From Syntrophobacterales bacterium (GTDB lineage Bacteria; Desulfobacterota; Syntrophobacteria; BM002), in assembly GCA_050124835.1 (NCBI GenBank), contig JASFEM010000006.1, forward strand, positions 6,110 through 70,109: a stretch of DNA of 64,000 bases. The letters are read 5' to 3'. Within the stretch, counting starts at the first letter, position 1. Each line of letters starts with the position of its first letter. The notes beneath the pieces were generated by a model. The model made no database searches and was not told where the DNA came from. It saw only the letters and a program-made list of their open reading frames with translations. The translations under genes and the position numbers were made by a program. This document shows, in pieces, positions 1 through 9,778 of this stretch.

Positions 1-575
1 GACTCTGCGGAAGCCAGTGATTCCAAAACAATGTCGCAGACATCCAGGCCGGCGCGGTTGCAACATTTAACGATATTTTGGGCTGAGGTAACCGCGCCGG
101 TGACGATGTGAACCTTGGCCTCCATGCGCACCCCCGACATGCCCAGCGGGTTTTGTATGCCACCCTGGTCATCAATAATGTATTCCTGCGGAAGAATATG
201 AATAACCTCTCTGTCGAACGGTATCGCAACGGCCTTGGCAGCATCTATTACCCTGTCGATGTCTTGCTGGCTGACTTCACGGTTTTTTACGGCGATAACG
301 CCGTGGCTGTTATGCCCTTCGATATGCCCGCCGGCAATGCCGGCATAAACCGCGTTTATTTCGCAGCCTGCCATTAACTCGGCCTCTTCTACTGCCCGTT
401 TGATCGACTCCACTGTGCTCTCTATGTTGACCACCACACCTTTGCGCAGACCAACAGAGGGATGGGTGCCGATGCCAACTATGTCTATTCCCTCTGAGGT
501 CACCTCGCCAACCACGGCGCAAATCTTAGTGGTGCCGATATCAAGTCCTACGATCAATGATTCCTTCTTGGCCAT
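1..575 (-). CDS. ftsA: Cell division protein FtsA, N-terminal part (runs off window edge)
   Basis: Manual translation from ATG at 575: MAKKESLIVGLDIGTTKICAVVGEV...GLRKGVVVNIESTVDSIKRAVEEAELMAG, the FtsA N-terminus; directly downstream of ftsQ. Not in the ORF track. Confidence 0.95.
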   Translation of the reverse strand, partial: MAKKESLIVGLDIGTTKICAVVGEVTSEGIDIVGIGTHPSVGLRKGVVVNIESTVESIKRAVEEAELMAGCEINAVYAGIAGGHIEGHNSHGVIAVKNREVSQQDIDRVIDAAKAVAIPFDREVIHILPQEYIIDDQGGIQNPLGMSGVRMEAKVHIVTGAVTSAQNIVKCCNRAGLDVCDIVLESLASAE

Positions 576-577
576 CT

Positions 578-1405
578 TTACACCCCCCTTTGCTTACGGT
601 GGTCTCGTTGGAAAACCGGAAAGTTTCCCCTGACGAAAACCCTATTTCCGTGGCTAAGATCAATCCCCCGTAGCTTGGTGTGAACCCCCTTTTTCTCCAA
701 ATAGCTCAGCACCTTTTTAAGCCTGTCTATCCTGGGGCCGTAGTTACCGTTACCCAGGTCTACCTGAATTCCACCCTGGACAGTGAAGATGCTCAACCCC
801 GCATGGCTGTCCCAACGAATTTCCGAAATAAGTCGCCAGGGCAGTTTCAGCTGGCACTCTTTGTAGAGATCCTGGAAGAGTCCAGTAAACTTCCGGGGCA
901 GGTTAAGACCCGGACCCAAAGACTTCGGGTCGAGTCCGGTAATAATCGGCAAACCTCCATATTCGCCTGGCATCGCGCGAGTGAAACATATGCCCCGGGA
1001 ATCAATCAGGTAGAAGTGCTGCCCTTTGACCAGGGCAACAGGTTTGCGTTCCTCGATCTCTATGCGAATCCGGTCCGGGATCTCACGATTGATCAGGGCC
1101 GAGACTATCCAAGGATGGCTGGTGAGCCTCCGGCTAACACTATCCAGATCAAGAGATAGAATGTTGATGCCAGAAGGAATTCCAGCTTGCTGAATGACTG
1201 TTTGCGGGTCAAGCCGCTTCAAGCCGCTAACATTTATACTGGTGACCTGGAGCACAGGTGAGGTCAGCAGGGTGCGATAGACGCCAAAACAAAGCCCGCT
1301 CAGTAGCAAAAAACCGAGGCAGACAAAAAGGAACTGCAACCCCCAGCGTAGTATCCGGTACAACCTGCGCTCCTTCAGACGATACTTATTAAATTTGGCC
1401 ACCAT
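578..1405 (-). CDS. ftsQ: Cell division protein FtsQ/DivIB (POTRA)
   Basis: Basic N-terminus, one TM helix, POTRA-like segment (INVSGLKRL...WIVSALINREIPDRIRIEIEERKP), position just upstream of ftsA. Confidence 0.9.
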   Translation of the reverse strand: MVAKFNKYRLKERRLYRILRWGLQFLFVCLGFLLLSGLCFGVYRTLLTSPVLQVTSINVSGLKRLDPQTVIQQAGIPSGINILSLDLDSVSRRLTSHPWIVSALINREIPDRIRIEIEERKPVALVKGQHFYLIDSRGICFTRAMPGEYGGLPIITGLDPKSLGPGLNLPRKFTGLFQDLYKECQLKLPWRLISEIRWDSHAGLSIFTVQGGIQVDLGNGNYGPRIDRLKKVLSYLEKKGVHTKLRGIDLSHGNRVFVRGNFPVFQRDHRKQRGV

Positions 1406-1539
1406 ATTTATGAACTCAGTTTCATTCGAATCTGGGCAACCTGGTCCTTCCCCCGCATAATGGGATCTTCGACAGACCTGGGTTCTTTACTGGTCAGTTT
1501 GTTGTGTCCGTCCATAACCGCATTTGGCAGTGCGACCAG

Positions 1540-2460
1540 TTACGTCTTATTGTTGTTGCCAACGACTTCAATCTCCAGTTCGAGATTGACGCCAAATTTT
1601 TGTGAGACCTTCTCCTGTGCAAGGTTGATCAGAGCGAGAATATCGCGCGCTCGAGCTTGGCCGCGATTTACGATAAAGTTGGCATGCCGCATGGAAATCT
1701 CGGCGTCGCCGACGCGGGTGCCCTTCAAACCAGCTGCCTCAATGAGCCGACCGGCATAATCCCCTGGTGGGTTCTTGAAAACAGAACCAGCAGATGGTAG
1801 CTGCCATGGTTGTTTCTCCTTGCGTGCCTTGAGCAGCTGACGAAGCTGCTCTCTCATGTTTTCCCGAGAGCCAGGGGTAAGGGAAAACTCAGCCTCCAGC
1901 ACCACAGAGTCTGCTGGCAGTTCAAGTTTGCGATACGAGAAGCGGAGCTGAGCTCCTGATAGCCGAGTCAGGGAGCCATCAGAGAGAAGAAGGGCCACCT
2001 CTTGGCAGACATCGGCCATGACGCCTGCGTCGGTTCCAGCATTCATACGGAGAGCGCCCCCCACAGAGCCGGGTATGCCCACGATAAACTCGAGACCGCT
2101 GAGGCCCTCTCGCAAGCAGAAGCGGAGAAGCCCACGGAGCCTTAACCCGGCACCCACCTTTACCGTTCCTGAAGATCCCACTCGCTCCACCTGGGAAAAG
2201 CCACTCTCAAGGCTTATGGCTGCTGCGCGAATACCCGTATCGTGAACCAAAAGATTGGTTCCACGGCCAAGAATAAAGTGAGGGTAATGGTTTTGATTCA
2301 GTACCTGGACGGCGGACCGCAACCCTGCCAGACTTAGAGGACGAATTAGACAGGACACCGGCCCCCCTACCCGCAATGAGGTATGTCCTGCCAAAGTCAC
2401 ATTCCAGTCAACTTCCACACCGTCCAGGTACCGAAGCTGTTTTTTTAATTTAGAATCCAT
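1540..2460 (-). CDS. murB: UDP-N-acetylenolpyruvoylglucosamine reductase
   Basis: HTSLRVGG, GRGTNLL, GIPGSVGGALRMNAG, PSAGSVFKNP, HANFIVN motifs. Confidence 0.97.
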   Translation of the reverse strand: MDSKLKKQLRYLDGVEVDWNVTLAGHTSLRVGGPVSCLIRPLSLAGLRSAVQVLNQNHYPHFILGRGTNLLVHDTGIRAAAISLESGFSQVERVGSSGTVKVGAGLRLRGLLRFCLREGLSGLEFIVGIPGSVGGALRMNAGTDAGVMADVCQEVALLLSDGSLTRLSGAQLRFSYRKLELPADSVVLEAEFSLTPGSRENMREQLRQLLKARKEKQPWQLPSAGSVFKNPPGDYAGRLIEAAGLKGTRVGDAEISMRHANFIVNRGQARARDILALINLAQEKVSQKFGVNLELEIEVVGNNNKT

Positions 2461-2466
2461 TGTTTA

Positions 2467-2535
2467 TTTCGCATTAATCATTTCACATTTATCATTAATC
2501 TCGCCGCGTCAACGCGTCTTCGTGTCGCCGTGTCG
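2467..2535. repeat. Heptamer (TTWMKCA) array followed by octamer (CGCCGYGT-like) array
   Basis: tttcgca ttaatca tttcaca tttatca ttaatct, then cgccgcgt caacgcgt cttcgtgt cgccgtgt. Confidence 0.75.
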
Positions 2536-2569
2536 TTTTCAAATACAGACTAAACTTCGTTCATAGCTT

Positions 2570-3958
2570 TCAGCCTCCCTCTCTTTCCTGCAAGCGTTTG
2601 AGCAACTCTTCGCCCGTCTGCCAGACGTTTCCTGCGCCAAGGGTGAGGATCACATCACCCTCCTGTGCTTCGTTAACAAGCAGCGACACCAGGTCGATGT
2701 GGTCCGGAACATACCTGGTGTTGCCATGGCCGTGTTGCTGGATGGCCGCTGCTAGCTTTTCTGCATGGACCCCATGAATGGGCGGCTCACTGGCAGCGTA
2801 AATGTCAGTAACGATGAGAACGTCCGACTGGTAAAAGGCAGTGGTGAAGTCATCGAAAAGCGCGTGCGTGCGGGTGTAACGATGCGGCTGGAAGAGTACC
2901 AAGCGACGTCGGCCCGGATAGGACTGTGCTATGGTTTTCAGCACGGCCTTGATCTCGGTTGGATGGTGGCCATAGTCATCAATTATGGTGATGTCATTTA
3001 CCTCTCCCTTGATTTGAAAACGACGCTGCACTCCGGTCATTCCCTGAAGACCTCGACAAATAGCAGAGAAAGGGATCTCTAATTCGTGACCAACAGCCAC
3101 GGCTGCCAGGGAATTCAAGACATTGTGCCAGCCAGGAATTGGCAGATTAACCCTTCCCATTTCAGTGCCACGGTAGGCGGCTGTGTAAGAGCAGTTGAGT
3201 CCGTCAAAGGCCACATCACGTGCTTGAAAATCGGCCTGCGCCGAGAAGCCATAAGTGACAAGGCGTTTCTTGATCCGAGGGAGCAGGCTCTGAATGTTCT
3301 CATCTTCAAGACAGAGGATGTTGAGCCCATAGAACGGGACCTGGTTGATGAATTCAAGAAAAGTCTCACTGATCTCATTCAGGTCCTTGTAGTAATCAAG
3401 ATGTTCGGTATCAATATTGGTCACCAGGGAAATGGTCGGAGAATAAAGCAGAAATGTACCATCGCTTTCATCCGCTTCAGCCACCACAAAATCGCCTTGG
3501 CCGAGTTTTGCGTTGGTTCCCCAGGCGTTTAATCGACCCCCGATTACCACGGTAGGATCAAGGCCGCCCTCAGCCATCACCGTTCCCACCATGGAGGTGG
3601 TGGTCGTTTTGCCGTGAGCCCCAGCCACCAGTACTGCATACTTTAGCCGCATAAGTTCGGCGAGCATCTCGGCTCTCTTGATAACCGGTATATGGTAATC
3701 CTTTTCGGCCGCAACCACTTCAGGGTTGTCTGGGGCAACGGCGGATGAGACCACGGCAACTTCAGCGTCGGCTACGTGCTGACTCGCATGGCCGTAATAG
3801 ATCTTAGCCCCAAGAGTCTCGAGACGACGGGTAATTTCACTCTCAGTCAGGTCAGATCCACTTACCCGATGACCGATATTCAAGAGCAATTCAGCGATAC
3901 CACTCATACCGATGCCACCGATGCCAATGAAGTGAATATGGTAAGAACGCTTGTACAT
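2570..3958 (-). CDS. murC: UDP-N-acetylmuramate--L-alanine ligase
   Basis: IHFIGIGGIGMSGIA, GAHGKTTTT, EADESDG, DDYGHHPTE, FQPHRYTRT motifs. Confidence 0.98.
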   Translation of the reverse strand: MYKRSYHIHFIGIGGIGMSGIAELLLNIGHRVSGSDLTESEITRRLETLGAKIYYGHASQHVADAEVAVVSSAVAPDNPEVVAAEKDYHIPVIKRAEMLAELMRLKYAVLVAGAHGKTTTTSMVGTVMAEGGLDPTVVIGGRLNAWGTNAKLGQGDFVVAEADESDGTFLLYSPTISLVTNIDTEHLDYYKDLNEISETFLEFINQVPFYGLNILCLEDENIQSLLPRIKKRLVTYGFSAQADFQARDVAFDGLNCSYTAAYRGTEMGRVNLPIPGWHNVLNSLAAVAVGHELEIPFSAICRGLQGMTGVQRRFQIKGEVNDITIIDDYGHHPTEIKAVLKTIAQSYPGRRRLVLFQPHRYTRTHALFDDFTTAFYQSDVLIVTDIYAASEPPIHGVHAEKLAAAIQQHGHGNTRYVPDHIDLVSLLVNEAQEGDVILTLGAGNVWQTGEELLKRLQEREGG

Positions 3959-3963
3959 GAGTC

Positions 3964-3992
3964 AGTTTAGCCTGTTGTGCCGGTTTAGCCGG
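3964..3992. repeat. Nonamer array in the ftsW-murC gap
   Basis: agtttagcc tgttgtgcc ggtttagcc gg. Confidence 0.55.
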
Positions 3993-4021
3993 TCACAAAA
4001 ATCTGTGCACTTCAGTAAATT

Positions 4022-5212
4022 CTAGCCATTCCTTATCTTTTTCCTCCTGCCCGGACTGCCAGCCGACCAGTTTGCTTTGGCCGCGCTCTGTTCCTTGCCT
4101 CGGCTACTGATATTCAGGAGAATCCCAATGGCTGCCAGGTTGGTCAGCAGAGAACTACCACCGTAACTCATAAAGGGGAGCGGAAGCCCCTTGGTGGGCA
4201 GCAGGCCCATGACAACCGCACCGTTAATCAACGCCTGGAGGCCGATGACCATGGTCAAGCCGAAGGCCAGGTAGGTGCCGTAGCGGTTGGGTGCCCGTAA
4301 GGCGATTTTGATCCCTTTGTAGACCATCAAACCATAGAGCAAAAGAACAAAGGATACACCCACCAGACCGGTTTCTTCACCAATGACCGCCAAAATGAAA
4401 TCCGTATGCGCTTCAGGTAAATAAAAAAGCTTCTGCTGGCCGGAACCAAGACCAACTCCCAACGGACCGCCCGAGCCCAAGGCGAGCAACGAATGGAGCA
4501 GCTGAAAACTCGAATCGCTAGGATCCCGCCACGGATTGAGAAAGGCGAGCAATCTCTCCAAACGGTAACTAGTTTGGGCGATGGCCAGACCGAGAAGGGG
4601 AATCACTGCGATGCCGGTGGCAAAAAGATAGCGAGACCGCACGCCGCCGACAAAAAGCAGGAGAAAGACCAGGGTCGCGAAGGTTACAGCAGTGCCCAGG
4701 TCGGGTTGCATAACAACCAATCCGATAAAAAGCGCGGAAATCAGGAGGTGCGGCAGATAGCCTATGGAGAACTCTTGCACCCTATCGCCTTTTTTGGCCA
4801 AAGAATATGAGATGTAAATGATGAGGGCCAGTTTGGCGAATTCAGCAGGTTGCATAGAAATTGGGCCGAATCGAAGCCAGCGCCTAGCGCCCCCAACCCG
4901 GTGTCCCACTTGCGGCAGAAGCACGACGATGAGACTCAACAGACTCACCCCGAGGATGATGTAGACCAGGCGGCGGTACACTCCAAAGGGCAGATTCTTA
5001 CTGACGATGAGCACAGCGATGCCAATAAGGGCAAAAAGCATTTGTTTCTTGACAAAATACATACTATCGCCGTAACGCTGCTGAGCCATAATGGAACTGG
5101 AGCTGTAAAGCATAACGAGACCAATCCCCATCAGAGCCAAAGTGGTCAGCAACAGAACCAGATCGTAGCTGTTTCTATCCTCGCTTCTCACAGCCATAAG
5201 CCTTGACGCCAT
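4022..5212 (-). CDS. ftsW: SEDS peptidoglycan polymerase FtsW
   Basis: Multi-TM; GARRWL, QPAEFAKL, QPDLGT, LPEAHTDFI, LPFMSYGGSS motifs; dcw context. Confidence 0.96.
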   Translation of the reverse strand: MASRLMAVRSEDRNSYDLVLLLTTLALMGIGLVMLYSSSSIMAQQRYGDSMYFVKKQMLFALIGIAVLIVSKNLPFGVYRRLVYIILGVSLLSLIVVLLPQVGHRVGGARRWLRFGPISMQPAEFAKLALIIYISYSLAKKGDRVQEFSIGYLPHLLISALFIGLVVMQPDLGTAVTFATLVFLLLFVGGVRSRYLFATGIAVIPLLGLAIAQTSYRLERLLAFLNPWRDPSDSSFQLLHSLLALGSGGPLGVGLGSGQQKLFYLPEAHTDFILAVIGEETGLVGVSFVLLLYGLMVYKGIKIALRAPNRYGTYLAFGLTMVIGLQALINGAVVMGLLPTKGLPLPFMSYGGSSLLTNLAAIGILLNISSRGKEQSAAKANWSAGSPGRRKKIRNG

Positions 5213-5222
5213 TTGTCATAGT

Positions 5223-6653
5223 TCATTTGTGAGCATTCAGTTTTCTTTTGTCCCTGATAGAAGCTATCCAGGGACAACTGATACGATTATTCGTTTTCTC
5301 TTTTTCAGCGGCCAATTTGTGAACCAGAGCCCTGAAATGATCCCCCCGCTCTTGGTAGTTGTCGTAGAGATCAAAACTCGAACAAGCTGGAGAAAGCAGG
5401 ACCACATCGCCAGGGACGGCGGCGTCTAGAGCAACTGAAACTGCCGCGTCCATGTTGTCCACCACCACCGTGCAAGCGAGATTTCCCAGAGCCTTGGCCA
5501 ACCGAAATCGAGCTTCACCCATGAGCACAAGCATCTTCACCCGCTGGCGCACCAAGGCTGTGAGCGGTGCATAGGAGCCTTCCTTGTCACGACCGCCGGC
5601 CACAAGGATGATGGGTGAGGTGAAGCTTTCCAGGGAGCGCACCACTGAGTCCACGTTAGTGGCTTTGGAGTCGTTGTAAAACTGGATACCACGCCAGTGG
5701 TGAATAGGTTCCATGCGGTGCGGGAGTGTTTTGAAGTTGTCAATGGTCTCCTGAATAGCCTCAGGCTCACCACCCATACAGGTGGCCGCAAGTACTGCAG
5801 CCAGAAGGTTTTCTTGGTTGTGGCTACCAGCGAGTTGCCAGTGACGCAGATCATAGCGACGCGTCTGACCTGGCGCTATGCGGCAAACTATCCCACCCGA
5901 TTCCAGATGGGCGTGAGCTGAAGGTCTGGTCAAACTAAAGTGCAGCTGGGTACCGCGAATGGTACAGCGTGTGCTAATAAGGGGAGCATTGTCGGGAATT
6001 ATCGCGGTATCATCAACTGTCTGATTAGCAAAAAGTCGGCATTTGCTCGCCACGTAGTCTGAAAAAGAATGATAGCGATCCAAATGATCCTCACTGATAT
6101 TGAGGAGGACTGCAACCTGGGGGTGAAAGGTCTCCATGGAGTCAAGTTGGAAGCTGCTCACCTCAACGACCGCCATCTCGAACGTTTCCTTTTCTTGAAA
6201 AATTCCGATCAGCGGGTTGCCGATGTTTCCGCCCACGAAGACTTTCTGACCACTGTTCTTGAGCATGTCTCCCACTAATTCTGTGGTCGTGGTCTTGCCA
6301 TTGGTGCCGCCTATGGCCACAATGGGCAGCCGGAGAAAACGACAGGCGAGTTCCAGTTCTCCGATGATTGGCACACCTTTTCTTCTTGCTATTGACAATT
6401 GAGCCAAATCCAGGGGGATACCTGGACTGACAACTATGAGGTCCGCGGTGTTAAACAGTTCCGCAGGATGATCCCCCAGTGTCACGGAGCACCCAAGCTC
6501 GCGGGCACGATCCACCGCCGTACCAAGAGCCGTGGCGGGGAGCTGGTCGTTGATGGTAACGTGGGCACCCTTGTTCTGAAGGAACTCAGCCGCGGCAAGA
6601 CCACTGCGGGCCAGTCCCACGACCAAAACATTTTTATCCTTGAAGTTTTTCAT
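5223..6653 (-). CDS. murD: UDP-N-acetylmuramoyl-L-alanine--D-glutamate ligase
   Basis: VLVVGLARSG, GTNGKTTTT, GGNIG, EVSSFQL, NISEDHLDRY, NDSKATN, SPACSSFD. Start set to ATG 6653; the ORF-track start at 6722 lies inside a repeat array. Confidence 0.96.
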   Translation of the reverse strand: MKNFKDKNVLVVGLARSGLAAAEFLQNKGAHVTINDQLPATALGTAVDRARELGCSVTLGDHPAELFNTADLIVVSPGIPLDLAQLSIARRKGVPIIGELELACRFLRLPIVAIGGTNGKTTTTELVGDMLKNSGQKVFVGGNIGNPLIGIFQEKETFEMAVVEVSSFQLDSMETFHPQVAVLLNISEDHLDRYHSFSDYVASKCRLFANQTVDDTAIIPDNAPLISTRCTIRGTQLHFSLTRPSAHAHLESGGIVCRIAPGQTRRYDLRHWQLAGSHNQENLLAAVLAATCMGGEPEAIQETIDNFKTLPHRMEPIHHWRGIQFYNDSKATNVDSVVRSLESFTSPIILVAGGRDKEGSYAPLTALVRQRVKMLVLMGEARFRLAKALGNLACTVVVDNMDAAVSVALDAAVPGDVVLLSPACSSFDLYDNYQERGDHFRALVHKLAAEKEKTNNRISCPWIASIRDKRKLNAHK

Positions 6654-6705
6654 CACGATCTTAACAACTGCCATCTCAAGGCGATCGACATAAGACGTGG
6701 GATAA

Positions 6706-6754
6706 CCCATCTCGCATCCCACATCTCACATCCCATATCGACTTCTTACATCTC
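6706..6754. repeat. Heptamer array (CACATCY) in the murF-murD gap
   Basis: cccatct cgcatcc cacatct cacatcc catatcg; same unit recurs at 61208-61232. Confidence 0.75.
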
Positions 6755-6780
6755 CATTCAGATCCAGTTTTGCTCAGCTC

Positions 6781-8202
6781 TTATTCTCTCTCAGACTCAG
6801 CCAAAAGAATCTCCACTACCTTCTCCATTCGCATTCCCCTAGAACCCTTCACCAGCACCCAATCACCAGCAGCTATCAAACGCCGAACCCGCAAAGCCAT
6901 TTCCTGGTGATCGTTCGCTTGAGTCAAACATCCGCTGTCCATGCCGGCCTCAGCAGCGCCAGCAAGCAGATGAGAGGCCTGCGCACCCATGGCCAGAAGA
7001 TGATCAACCCCTTCTTTGGCTGCTATACTGCCAACCTGCCAGTGCAGGGTCGCAGTGTCCTCCCCCATTTCCAGCATGTCACCGAGGACTGCGAAAGCTC
7101 TCCCCTTCTTCTTCACTTTCATCAAGGTCTCCAGGGCAGCAGCTACGGAGCCGGGATTGGCATTGTAAGTATCATTAATGATATGTATGTCCTCAGGAAG
7201 AACGAGAATCTCCATGCGCTTGTCAACCGGGTGGAAATTTGCCAGGGCCTCGGCTATGGTACCTACCGGTAGGTTTAGGCTCCGAGCAACGGCTGCGGCT
7301 GCCACGGCGTTGTTGATATGGTGGCGGCCGATCACCGGCAGGTAGATTTCGTAGCTTTCTTTCGCTACTTTCAGAAGGAACCGACTCCCATTTGCATCTA
7401 TGGCGAGAATCCGCTCGAGTGCTACCTCCCCATTGGCTCCAGCTGCGGAAAAGCTCACCTGACGACCAGGGAACGAAGAGGCCAGGTCGAGGACTCTAGG
7501 ATCGTCCCGGTTGACCACGATGGTCGCGGTCGCTGCCATACCCGCGAAGAGTTCGCCCTTAGCGGCCTGAATTCCCGCGAGGCTTCCAAGTCCCTCAAGG
7601 TGGGCTGGCTGAATATTGGTAATGAGGCCCACATCTGGACGGACGATTTCGGTCAACCGCTGGATTTCTCCTGGTTGATTCATTCCCAGCTCTACCACCG
7701 CTCCCTGGTGGGTGTCGTCAAGTTGCAGCAAGGTAAGCGGCAACCCCACCAGGTTATTAAAGGTTCCCTCGTTTTTTAAAACCTTCCAGGATCTACTGAA
7801 AATAGCAGCAACCATCTCTTTTGTAGTGGTTTTGCCATTGGAACCGGTTATCGCCACCACGGGGACAGGGTGACGGCGGCGCCAGTAGCCGGCCAGATCT
7901 CCAAGAGCATGAAGGGTATCACCCACCCCAACAACTGAGACCTGAAGTTCCTGAACCGCAAGTCTCTCTGTCTCGTCCAGAGCCACAATGAGGCCAGTTG
8001 CCCCGCCGCTTACCGACTGTTCCACAAACTGGTGCCCATCAAAGGTTTCTCCCTTTAGGGCTATAAATAGTTCTCCCGGACGCAGCGTGCGGCTGTCGGT
8101 GGAAATCCCGACAAAACGTTGCTCTCCACCTGTTGCCAAAAGCTCACCGCCAGTTGCTTCCAGGACCATATCGAGTGTCCATATGTACTTGTCATTGGTC
8201 AT
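6781..8202 (-). CDS. murF: UDP-MurNAc-tripeptide--D-Ala-D-Ala ligase
   Basis: STDSRT, GETFDGH, ITGSNGKTTTKEM, ELGMNQPGEI, NDTYNANP, LGDMLEMG, KGSRG motifs. Confidence 0.97.
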   Translation of the reverse strand: MTNDKYIWTLDMVLEATGGELLATGGEQRFVGISTDSRTLRPGELFIALKGETFDGHQFVEQSVSGGATGLIVALDETERLAVQELQVSVVGVGDTLHALGDLAGYWRRRHPVPVVAITGSNGKTTTKEMVAAIFSRSWKVLKNEGTFNNLVGLPLTLLQLDDTHQGAVVELGMNQPGEIQRLTEIVRPDVGLITNIQPAHLEGLGSLAGIQAAKGELFAGMAATATIVVNRDDPRVLDLASSFPGRQVSFSAAGANGEVALERILAIDANGSRFLLKVAKESYEIYLPVIGRHHINNAVAAAAVARSLNLPVGTIAEALANFHPVDKRMEILVLPEDIHIINDTYNANPGSVAAALETLMKVKKKGRAFAVLGDMLEMGEDTATLHWQVGSIAAKEGVDHLLAMGAQASHLLAGAAEAGMDSGCLTQANDHQEMALRVRRLIAAGDWVLVKGSRGMRMEKVVEILLAESERE

Positions 8203-8222
8203 CAGCTAGTAGTTCTTAGTTC

Positions 8223-9773
8223 CTAGTGCTTTTCTGTTTGGCGTTTCCTTCTCTCCTCTAGCGCTTCGGTTGCCACAAGGCGATCATCGAAGTCAATGCG
8301 TTTGTCGCCGAGAATCTGGTAATTCTCATGACCCTTGCCGCCGATATAAACGACATCCCCTTCACCAGCGCAATCGATTGCCTGCCGGATGGCTTTGGAA
8401 CGGTCCACCACCAGGGTGTAGCCGCGATGGCAGTTGTTCCTACATTCGGCAAGGGAAGAGAGCAGGGGGAGACCTTGTCCACGAACGCCAGCTTCAATGT
8501 CGGCCATGATGGTCTCGGGCACTTCACTCCTGGGGTTGTCAGAGGTAATCACCACTAAATCGGCACGCAGCGCTGCTGCCTCTCCCATGAGGGGACGTTT
8601 GCCACGATCGCGATCTCCACCACAGCCAAATACGCAGATGATCTTTCGGAACTGAAGCTCTCTCAGGGAGTCCAGAGCCTTTTCCAGGGCATCCGGAGTG
8701 TGGGCATAGTCCACGAGAACCTGGAAACCCATGTCGTTTGGAACGGCCTCTAGACGCCCAGGAACTCGAGCCAGAGATTGCTCCCCGCGACTGATTGCCT
8801 CCAGGGAAAGTCCGAGGCCCACTGCCACTGAGGTGGCTGCAAGAAGATTGTAAAGATTCAATCGACCAAGCAGAGATGAATGCACCTGCAGTAAACCCAC
8901 AGGGGTATGCAGCTGGGCTTGAATGCCGGAAGAGTCGCACTGAACCGTGTCGGCTCGAATCTCAGCGTCGGCTGCCATGCCGTAGCGAAGAAGTGGACCG
9001 TCGATCTGCGAGCAAAGTCGTCGGCCCCAATCATCGTCGATATTGACGACGGCGAGGGCTTGAGCATCTCCATTTTGCTGAAGAATCTGAGAAAACAGTC
9101 GGCTTTTGGCCCCAAAATACTTCTCCATACTGCCGTGATAATCTAGATGATCCTGGGAAAGATTGGTGAAAAGACCCACGGCAAAGCGGGTTCCATCCAC
9201 CCGGTGCATGTCTAGGCCATGTGAAGAGACCTCCATAACCACGTGGGTAACTCCTGCATCCAGCATTTTTCTGAGGTTCTGCTGCAGATCGAGAGACTCC
9301 GGGGTAGTAACTGGTGCCGGACGAAGATGGCCTGGATATCGAATGTTGACAGTACCTATAACCCCAACCTGCAACTCGCAGGCTTCGAGGATTGACTCGA
9401 GCAGGTAGGCGGTGGTGGTTTTTCCGTTGGTTCCGGTGATGCCGATGACCGTGAGTCCATGAGAAGGAAAACCGTAAAATCGGTTTGATATGCGAGCGAG
9501 AGCAGTTCTGGTGTTGGGCACCTCAATGGTTGTCACGCCTGGCACAGGGTCGAGTGGTTTCTCCACTACGAGGCTATGGGCGCCCCGCTCTATTGCTTGA
9601 CCGATAAAGTCATGGCCATTACTCTGGGTGCCCTTAATGGCGACAAAGAGGCTGCCTTCGCCGACCTGCCCACTGTGGTAAGCGACACCCTTCACCTCAC
9701 GCTGCAGTTCACCGTGCAAATGCACTATGGAAAGATCCTGAACCAGATGTTCCAGCTGCATGCGTCTCCTCAC
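8223..9773 (-). CDS. murE: UDP-MurNAc-dipeptide--meso-DAP ligase
   Basis: ITGTNGKTTT, MEVSSHG, TNLSQDHLDYH, VDYAHTPDAL, GCGGDRD, DNPR (meso-DAP-type motif), GKGHE. Confidence 0.97.
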   Translation of the reverse strand: MRRRMQLEHLVQDLSIVHLHGELQREVKGVAYHSGQVGEGSLFVAIKGTQSNGHDFIGQAIERGAHSLVVEKPLDPVPGVTTIEVPNTRTALARISNRFYGFPSHGLTVIGITGTNGKTTTAYLLESILEACELQVGVIGTVNIRYPGHLRPAPVTTPESLDLQQNLRKMLDAGVTHVVMEVSSHGLDMHRVDGTRFAVGLFTNLSQDHLDYHGSMEKYFGAKSRLFSQILQQNGDAQALAVVNIDDDWGRRLCSQIDGPLLRYGMAADAEIRADTVQCDSSGIQAQLHTPVGLLQVHSSLLGRLNLYNLLAATSVAVGLGLSLEAISRGEQSLARVPGRLEAVPNDMGFQVLVDYAHTPDALEKALDSLRELQFRKIICVFGCGGDRDRGKRPLMGEAAALRADLVVITSDNPRSEVPETIMADIEAGVRGQGLPLLSSLAECRNNCHRGYTLVVDRSKAIRQAIDCAGEGDVVYIGGKGHENYQILGDKRIDFDDRLVATEALEERRKRQTEKH

Positions 9774-9778
9774 TAATC

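Noticed and set aside
6654-6722. Long N-terminal extension of MurD
   Set aside because: The ORF-track start lies within the heptamer array; family homology starts at MKNFKDKNVLVVG.
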